Positions 58,613 through 64,000 of a stretch of DNA of 64,000 nt are shown one piece after another (position 1 is the first letter of the stretch; each line of letters begins with the position of its first letter). The notes under the pieces were generated by a model. The model made no database searches. It was given only the letters and a program-made list of their open reading frames with translations, and had not been told where the DNA came from. A program made the position numbers and the translations under genes. This DNA comes from an uncultured Bacteriovoracaceae bacterium. GTDB taxonomy: Bacteria; Bdellovibrionota; UBA1018. Location: NCBI GenBank assembly GCA_964358645.1, contig CAYHPW010000006.1, positions 3,059-67,058 of the forward strand. Reading direction: 5' to 3'.

Positions 58613-59677
58613 ATGAATTCGATAGAAAAGGAGACATTAATAACCCCCAGCAAAGAGTATCTCATCGGGCCGATCTCCCCCCAGCGGCCTGATGAGATAC
58701 CTAATGAGATACAAGGCGAGATGCAGACGCGTGAGGATGGGTCTAAGACCCCGCCGCCACTTGCGCCTGCCGTTATGCCGGAGCTCTTTTGCTTTCAGGA
58801 TTATCGTAAATTTTTAAAGGAGTGGTTTGAATATAAGAAGCGCGTTCAGCCTGGGTACTCTGGAGCTTTGTTTGCGCGTCAGGCGGGGCTTAGCTCCCAT
58901 ACCCTTCTTGGGATGGTGATCCGCGGGGAGAGAAATCTTGGCTACGAAACCATCCGTTCATTCATCAAGGCGCTAAATCTAAAAGCGCGCGAGAAAATAT
59001 ATTTTGAAAAACTTGTTCTTTTCAACCAGGCCAAATCGTCCGAGGACCGCGCTGATTATTTTGAGCAGCTTGTAACTCTTGCCCAGGGCGAGGGCCGTGG
59101 GCTGCTAACTCAGATCCAGGATTATGCAAAATACTTATCCCATTGGTACACGGCCGCGGTTCACGAGCTTGTTAATCTTGATGATTTCAAGGCTGACCCT
59201 GATTGGATTGTAAGAAAGCTTAAGCGAAAAATCACGGCAAAAGAGGCTACGGATGCCTGGGCGCTTCTTTTACAGCTTGGTATGGTGAAGCTTAACCCTG
59301 TGACCGGACGCTTTGAAGTCACAAACAAAGCGATGGACTTTGATCCCGGTACAGTGAGCTTTGCGATCCGTAATTTTCACAAGGAATTCTTGGACCGCGC
59401 CAAAGATGCGATAGATCACGAGTCATTAGAAGAGCGCGAGCTTTCGTCGCTTACGATCGCGCTATCAGAGAAAGAGCTGGGCGAGCTCAGACAGAAAGTA
59501 AAAGAATTTAGAAAGGCCATTAATCTTGCTTTTAGTACCGGTGCTGCAAATGAGGCAGTCACACCGGAGAAAAAGCATGTTGTATCCGTCAATACGCAGG
59601 TTCTGCTTTTGACGGAGAATCAGTCACGCCTCAATAACCAAAATAGAGAGAAAAAAGAGAAGGAGATAGGAAAATGA
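58613..59677 (+). CDS. TIGR02147-like family protein with putative HTH (paralog of 50237..51073)
   Basis: The block YRKFLKEWFEYKKRVQPGYSGALFARQAGLSSHTLLGMVIRGERNLGYETIRSFIKALNLKAREKIYFEKL aligns with the 50237 ORF. The N-terminal roughly 55 residues are Pro/charged-rich. Confidence 0.55.
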   Translation: MNSIEKETLITPSKEYLIGPISPQRPDEIPNEIQGEMQTREDGSKTPPPLAPAVMPELFCFQDYRKFLKEWFEYKKRVQPGYSGALFARQAGLSSHTLLGMVIRGERNLGYETIRSFIKALNLKAREKIYFEKLVLFNQAKSSEDRADYFEQLVTLAQGEGRGLLTQIQDYAKYLSHWYTAAVHELVNLDDFKADPDWIVRKLKRKITAKEATDAWALLLQLGMVKLNPVTGRFEVTNKAMDFDPGTVSFAIRNFHKEFLDRAKDAIDHESLEERELSSLTIALSEKELGELRQKVKEFRKAINLAFSTGAANEAVTPEKKHVVSVNTQVLLLTENQSRLNNQNREKKEKEIGK

Positions 59678-60936
59678 AAAGAGGAGTAATTGCTTTAACA
59701 ATAGGAGCCGCGTTGTTTGCGGGAGTGTTTTCAACCTCTGTGTCTGCGCGTGAAGCCCAGGGAATCGGAGTGGGAAACGGTGGCAGCACTAACCGCGCGC
59801 AGTACATCGAAAAACTTAAGTCAGAAATGTTTGGTGCGCAAAGGAATGCAAGCGGGCCACTGGATGATCTTTATGACTGGTGCTCGCGTGTAACAAGGGT
59901 GCTTGGAAGGGAACTAAGCCGCGCTGAGCTTCAGATCCAGTATGAGCGCATGGAATCAGCCAAAGAAATCCTAATGGACGCGCTGGTTGCGGCATCTCAG
60001 TCGCTAGATATGGACCCTCAGACAGGGAGCCCGACGATTAAAAGAATGATCGACCGCGGAGTGATCTATGCGGACGCGCTTGGGCAGGAGCTGTCTAAAA
60101 ATGGGTCATCACGGTTGGATTCGCTTACGGAATTACATTTTCTCACAGGATACATCCAGCTCATCATTAAAACAGAAAACGAGCTTGATCGCCCGTTTTA
60201 TCTGCCATACGTGCATCGGTACAACCGCTGTGGGTCATGTCCTCCGGAGTTCAACCTTCCTGCGTTCATGCGGAAGTATTTTGAGATCGCCAAGGCTGAG
60301 CTTCGTTTTATCCTGACACAGTTTACTAATATGGATAACGTGGGAGGCAGACTCATGGTCACACCTGTGGGTAATCCCATCGCATTTCTTAAGCTTGCTG
60401 AGCTTGGCTCTGGATTTATTGCCGATGAAATAGCCAATACGTTTGATTCATACCGCAATGCTTGTTCGATCAGGGATCTGGTGGCGCTGTCTGAAACACT
60501 AAGGGACTTCAACGTCTTTGGTGACCGCACTGTATTCCCGAATGTCCCCTGGGCGCTCACGCAAAGCGCGGTCGAGTTAGATAGGATTCTTATGGAGCTT
60601 GGTTCCATTAGGCCTAACCCGATTGGCGGTAACGAAGGAGTTCAGACGGTGGAGCTGCTTTCCGGCAGTTTGCATCTTGATGAAGCCGAGATGAAATCGG
60701 TACGCCTCGGTGGCACTACAGCTATCCAAAAACTGTTTGTCCAGGCTGAAGCCTACCGCTCGGATGCGACTATTGAGGTCATCGTTAACGGCGAAGTCAA
60801 AGGGACCTTGTACCTCCCGGCGCGGGATCCGTCTTATGTGGTGACCATTGCGGATACGGCGGGTTCCATCGAGTTTAGACACGTCCGTGGCGGAAGGGTT
60901 CAAATCCGCTCGGTACGTGCGGTGATTTCGAATTAA
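59674..60936 (+). CDS. Secreted hypothetical protein with N-terminal GNGG motif (paralog of 49210..50244 N-terminus)
   Basis: Signal peptide MKRGVIALTIGAALFAGVFSTSVSA, then GIGVGNGGS. Coupled by an ATGA overlap to the upstream HTH gene. Confidence 0.55.
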   Translation: MKRGVIALTIGAALFAGVFSTSVSAREAQGIGVGNGGSTNRAQYIEKLKSEMFGAQRNASGPLDDLYDWCSRVTRVLGRELSRAELQIQYERMESAKEILMDALVAASQSLDMDPQTGSPTIKRMIDRGVIYADALGQELSKNGSSRLDSLTELHFLTGYIQLIIKTENELDRPFYLPYVHRYNRCGSCPPEFNLPAFMRKYFEIAKAELRFILTQFTNMDNVGGRLMVTPVGNPIAFLKLAELGSGFIADEIANTFDSYRNACSIRDLVALSETLRDFNVFGDRTVFPNVPWALTQSAVELDRILMELGSIRPNPIGGNEGVQTVELLSGSLHLDEAEMKSVRLGGTTAIQKLFVQAEAYRSDATIEVIVNGEVKGTLYLPARDPSYVVTIADTAGSIEFRHVRGGRVQIRSVRAVISN

Positions 60937-60989
60937 AGGAGAATCGGGCCGCGCTCGCGTGGGCGGCCCATATATAAAGGAGAACGAAA

Positions 60990-61781
60990 ATGAAAACGAC
61001 AAAACATAAAAAAGAAAATTGTATGGCAGTCACGGTACTTGGGGCGCTTGGGCTGATTTTATCAAGTACCGCAAGTGCAGAAATAAAAGATGGCTACTTT
61101 TCAGTTAAAGAAAAGGATTTAAAAGGCAAGAAAACCGAGGCCAGGGTTTTTATAAAAACTTCCGGCGAAAGGAACTCAGCATATGGGTTAATTCTTCATG
61201 CGAATGGGACCGGTGCTTTGTTTCGAGTGGAGGAGCTTCCAGATGGAACTCAAGCCTGGCTCCCGATCTTTCAAAAGAGTGGTCATTTCTTAGGTGTCAA
61301 TGAAGATCAGGCGCCTGCCTTAAAAGGTAGTGTGAGCACGGTTTCTGGCAGGGCGAGTATTCGGCTGGTGCCGACCCAGAATTCGGTTTGCAAGGATATT
61401 GTTGAGATCGAGGGTAAGGAGTCTGGTCAGCAAAGTCTAGGTCTTCTTCCAGATAAGGAAATAAAACTAAGCGGCGAGCGTGGGAGCAAGGGTTTGCTCA
61501 CAAGCCACCAATATCAGGGGAGCTTGGTGTTTGACACTGCTTCTCACGAAGGAAGCTTCAGCCTGAACCAGATTGCCCCCGGCCTAGCAACCCTTCGTGC
61601 GCGGGTGATTGACTCTGAGTCCATCAATGGTTGGTCCGTGAGCCGCGATGTGCTTGGTCTTTCTGTGATGATCCATAAAAAAGGATGTTTACTTAGTTCA
61701 GCAGGGAACGAACTGGTTGTGGTCAACACACCAGAAGCCAAGGAAAGCTGCGCACAAAACACAGTTTCGCTGACAGATTAA
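60990..61781 (+). CDS. Hypothetical secreted protein
   Basis: Signal peptide ...AVTVLGALGLILSSTASA. A ribosome-binding site (AAGGAG) lies upstream. Confidence 0.5.
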   Translation: MKTTKHKKENCMAVTVLGALGLILSSTASAEIKDGYFSVKEKDLKGKKTEARVFIKTSGERNSAYGLILHANGTGALFRVEELPDGTQAWLPIFQKSGHFLGVNEDQAPALKGSVSTVSGRASIRLVPTQNSVCKDIVEIEGKESGQQSLGLLPDKEIKLSGERGSKGLLTSHQYQGSLVFDTASHEGSFSLNQIAPGLATLRARVIDSESINGWSVSRDVLGLSVMIHKKGCLLSSAGNELVVVNTPEAKESCAQNTVSLTD

Positions 61782-61808
61782 AAAAGAAGGAAGAATGGAG
61801 ATTTAGCC

Positions 61809-63338
61809 ATGAAAACGAAAATAATAGCACTAAGCACACTGCTTGTTCTGACAGGGTCCGTAGCCATTGCAGAGCAAACAGCGGATAATCCCCAAAACAA
61901 CCCCTACGAAGAAGGTACGCGGCGAGTAAGCCTGACGCCTGAGGAGAGAGAAAGCCTGCTTCAGTACACTACGACATCAAAGTCGAGGCTTGAGAAGGCG
62001 CTGGATGAAGCTAAGGGGAAGGCGCTCGCCGAGGCGAATGAGATTTACTTAAGAGTCATCACGTCTGTGGTCAAAGAGAGTTTTCAGGAAAAAAGGCGAA
62101 GTGAGCTTTTAATGAGGATGACGCTTAATCAAGCACTTGAGCTTACGTTTGGGACTCCAAACGCTGACGGAGTGATCACGAAGCCAGGAGTGCTTGAAGG
62201 GAGCGCCAATACGGATCTTCTCACCGCTATCTTAGAAGACTCGATCAAGATTGCGATTTCATTTTACCAAGACGACAGAGAAGCGATCGAGAAAGGAACT
62301 CTGATTGAGTTACCGTACTTTGAACTAGCTCAGACAAGAGTCAGGCAAGCCAGGGGCTGGTTATCTGGAGTGTACGAGTGGAAGGAGATGTTTGAATTCC
62401 AAGTGGCAGCGCTTGAGCAGTGGATGTCAACCACGGCGTTAGCTGAGCATATGGAGAGGGCAAGATTTGGAGAAGCGATCATTCTTTGTGATGACGGGCT
62501 TAAGACGGTGCAAGATCCAAAGTATAAAACCGACCAGAAGGTGAGATACCTTCGCGGGGTGATGAGAAAGCTTGCCGAGGTGCAAGTGCCTGGCAAGGCA
62601 GGCAGAGTGGTACCGGGAATGCCTGGCCAATCTACAAACAACCCCCTTCACGCCACTACGATTCAAGAGGCGAGGTTCATCCCGATCCGGGCCGGGAGTT
62701 TTGAGATGGGAAGCCCAAGCTCGGAGTCAAATCGTGATAGTGACGAAACCCAGCACACGGTAACGCTCACAAAAGATTTTGAGCTTATGGCAACGGAAGT
62801 GACTCAGGCGCAGTGGGAAGCGGTGATGGGGAGTAACCCATCAAACTTTAAGGGAGCAAACCGGCCGGTGGAAAGTGTGAGCTGGAATGATGTGCAAGTA
62901 TTCATTGATAAGCTAAATGCCAGTAACAAAGACGGCTACAAGTATCGACTCCCCACAGAAGCTGAGTGGGAGTATGCGGCAAGAGCAGGGAGCAAGACTG
63001 CATATTCTTTTGGAGATAGCCCATCTCAATTATCTGAATACGGTTGGTTTGGTATGAACTCAGTAAGTTGGACCCATGAAGTAGCAGGACTAAAGCCCAA
63101 TGCCTTAGGATTATACGATATGCATGGCAATGTCTACGAGTGGGTGAGTGATTGGTATGGGGATTACAGCACAAAAAACAAAACCGATCCCAAAGGCCCA
63201 TCCAGTGGCCCCGGCCATGTTCTCCGTGGCGGCGGCTGGGGCAGCAATGCTTCCTACCTGCGCTCCGGTAACCGTCTCAACTGGAGGCCTGGCATTCGCG
63301 GCGGCGATGTGGGCTTCCGCCTTGTGAGGACCCGGTAG
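61809..63338 (+). CDS. Secreted protein with C-terminal formylglycine-generating-enzyme (FGE/SUMF1) domain
   Basis: Signal peptide. The roughly 270-aa N-terminal region is unknown. The C-terminal FGE-sulfatase domain has motifs RLPTEAEWEYAARAG, GLYDMHGNVYEWV and GGGWGS. Confidence 0.75.
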   Translation: MKTKIIALSTLLVLTGSVAIAEQTADNPQNNPYEEGTRRVSLTPEERESLLQYTTTSKSRLEKALDEAKGKALAEANEIYLRVITSVVKESFQEKRRSELLMRMTLNQALELTFGTPNADGVITKPGVLEGSANTDLLTAILEDSIKIAISFYQDDREAIEKGTLIELPYFELAQTRVRQARGWLSGVYEWKEMFEFQVAALEQWMSTTALAEHMERARFGEAIILCDDGLKTVQDPKYKTDQKVRYLRGVMRKLAEVQVPGKAGRVVPGMPGQSTNNPLHATTIQEARFIPIRAGSFEMGSPSSESNRDSDETQHTVTLTKDFELMATEVTQAQWEAVMGSNPSNFKGANRPVESVSWNDVQVFIDKLNASNKDGYKYRLPTEAEWEYAARAGSKTAYSFGDSPSQLSEYGWFGMNSVSWTHEVAGLKPNALGLYDMHGNVYEWVSDWYGDYSTKNKTDPKGPSSGPGHVLRGGGWGSNASYLRSGNRLNWRPGIRGGDVGFRLVRTR

Positions 63339-63376
63339 CACTTGAGCACTTTTACGCTTGTTCACTTGGGCTTTTG

Positions 63377-63430
63377 TTTGCCTGCCTGAGTTTGGGCGTA
63401 GTTCAGCCCAAACAGGCAGGCAAAATTTTT
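63377..63430 (+). terminator. Rho-independent terminator (19-20 bp GC-rich stem with 1-nt bulge, 8-nt loop, T5 tail)
   Basis: TTTGCCTGCCTGAGTTTGGGC-gtagttca-GCCCAAACAGGCAGGCAAA followed by ATTTTT. It lies 39 nt after the stop of the FGE-domain gene. Confidence 0.8.
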
Positions 63431-63463
63431 AATGCGTTTACCATGATCTATGCCATTGCCTAA

Positions 63464-63498
63464 TTGATATTTTTTGGCTGTTTGATAAAATATCAATG
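63464..63498 (+). promoter_or_regulatory. Promoter-like TTGATA-N16-TAAAAT overlapping a 10-bp inverted repeat (TTGATATTTT ... AAAATATCAA) that covers the start codon
   Basis: Seen directly. The right arm of the inverted repeat ends at the ATG at 63496. This implies a leaderless or near-leaderless transcript and a candidate autoregulatory operator. Confidence 0.5.
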
Positions 63499-63824
63499 AC
63501 TAACAACTATCGCACCACAAAGACGAACAGGACTCAGGCCAGGAAGCAGCTGGCCGAAATGGTTCAAAGGCATCCCGAAAACGTTCGCTTCTCGAAGCAT
63601 GCACTGGACGAGTTGGCCAACGATGACCTTACTACTGTTGATGCCTGGAATGTCCTGAAAAGCGGCGATGCGAGAATTGTTGATGAGGGGAACTTAAAAA
63701 GGGTTCCTATCGTTACCGACTAGAGACGAACTTTATCATGTTGATATTGGCATTTCAGGATGACGGTAACGGACTGTTTGTAGTCACAGCCTGGGACAAG
63801 AGACGGAAAGGAGCTAGAAAATGA
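63496..63824 (+). pseudogene. DUF4258-family (toxin-like) gene, frameshifted in an A5 run at 63696-63700
   Basis: Frame 1 (63496..63723) gives the N-terminus with FSKHALDEL. Frame 0 from about 63687 to 63824 gives the C-terminus ...YRYRLETNFIMLILAFQDDGNGLFVVTAWDKRRK, which matches the DUF4258 C-terminal pattern. One extra A would give a 109-aa protein. Its TGA overlaps the ATG of the next gene (ATGA). Confidence 0.55.
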
Positions 63825-64000
63825 TGTGTGCAATGTGTAAGAGCAAAAAACCACTTAAGACAACTTCTGTCCGTGCCTATCGTTACAAGGAAAGCAGACT
63901 GGACAACGTAATTCTTCATGGTGTCAAAGAGAGCCGATGCGAAGCCTGCGGTGAGGTTTATTACAGCTTTGGCGACATCGACAAACTCCACCACCTGATA
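63821..64000 (+). CDS. MqsA/YgiT-type zinc-finger antitoxin-like protein, 3'-truncated by window end
   Basis: Ribosome-binding site AAAGGAG 8 nt upstream. MMCAMCKSKKPLKTTSVRAYRYKESRLDNVILHGVKESRCEACGEVYYSF matches the YgiT-type zinc finger (C-x2-C ... C-x2-CGE). The ORF runs off the window. Confidence 0.6.
   Translation, partial: MMCAMCKSKKPLKTTSVRAYRYKESRLDNVILHGVKESRCEACGEVYYSFGDIDKLHHLI

Noticed and set aside
63724-63824. Treating 63738..63824 (MLILAFQDDGNGLFVVTAWDKRRKGARK) as an independent 28-aa gene
   Set aside because: It is better explained as the C-terminal portion of the DUF4258 gene displaced by a single-base frameshift in an A5 run. The sequence matches the family C-terminus and has no ribosome-binding site of its own.
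1-64000. CRISPR arrays, tRNA/rRNA genes, IS elements/transposases/integrases
   Set aside because: No regularly spaced direct repeats and no tRNA-like T-arm/acceptor pattern. No ORF with DDE or tyrosine-recombinase motifs was seen. The only mobile-type gene is the broken HNH endonuclease.

Overview
This 64-kb window looks like chromosomal DNA from a moderate-GC (roughly 45%) Gram-negative bacterium. It is densely coded, and I found no rRNA, tRNA, CRISPR array or transposase.

The organism may be Bdellovibrio-like. The evidence is weak: many secreted hydrolases, two paralogs that look TIGR02147-like, and a large nucleoside-salvage block.

Main content, in order:
- 1-5750: the 3' part of an exopolysaccharide/capsule locus. 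It has a Wzc-like tyrosine autokinase (cut off by the window start), a short SLBB-domain export protein, and GT-B glycosyltransferases, one of them split by a frameshift.
- 5744-9905: an EpmA/GenX-like EF-P lysyl ligase lying divergent to an NtrB/NtrC-type sigma-54 two-component pair.
- 9919-26419: housekeeping genes, namely Nudix CoA pyrophosphatase, ROK kinase, FtsK, CCA-adding enzyme, an RqcH/NFACT-like protein, DUF167, RlmI, ElbB, an Rsm22-like methyltransferase, a degenerate biotin-carboxylase-like ATP-grasp protein, and MurJ.
- 26914-28608: a secreted thermolysin (M4) protease that carries a G9 homopolymer at its 5' end.
- 29306-32144: an MltD-like lytic transglycosylase and aspartokinase.
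- 33214-45761: a long minus-strand block, comF, pfkA, gpmI, rsfS, nadD, obg, rpmA, rplU, an amidohydrolase, cdd, PNP, deoA, deoB, deoC. This is a nucleoside-catabolism cluster.
- 46142-48760: RNase E with a large low-complexity insertion inside the S1 region.
- 49210-51651 and 57369-61781: two paralogous cassettes, each pairing an HTH protein of the TIGR02147-like family with secreted proteins (two carry HExxH motifs, two share an N-terminal GNGG motif).
- 51882-53491: MtnB/MtnA methionine salvage.
- 54176-56880: a GC-atypical islet. It holds a GHKL (RsbW-like) ATPase plus a DUF4325 STAS-like partner, next to a frameshifted DUF222-HNH endonuclease.
- 61809-63338: a protein with an FGE/SUMF1 domain.
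- 63464-64000 (window end): a DUF4258/MqsA-like toxin-antitoxin-type pair. It has a palindromic operator over the start codon, an ATGA overlap between the two genes, and an A5 homopolymer frameshift in the toxin-like gene.

The items I would follow up first are the toxin-antitoxin-like pair at the end, the GHKL/DUF4325 module with the broken HNH gene, the paralogous secreted-protein cassettes, the G9 tract in the protease gene, the 12-bp coding tandem repeat at 57463-57510, and the RNase E insertion.
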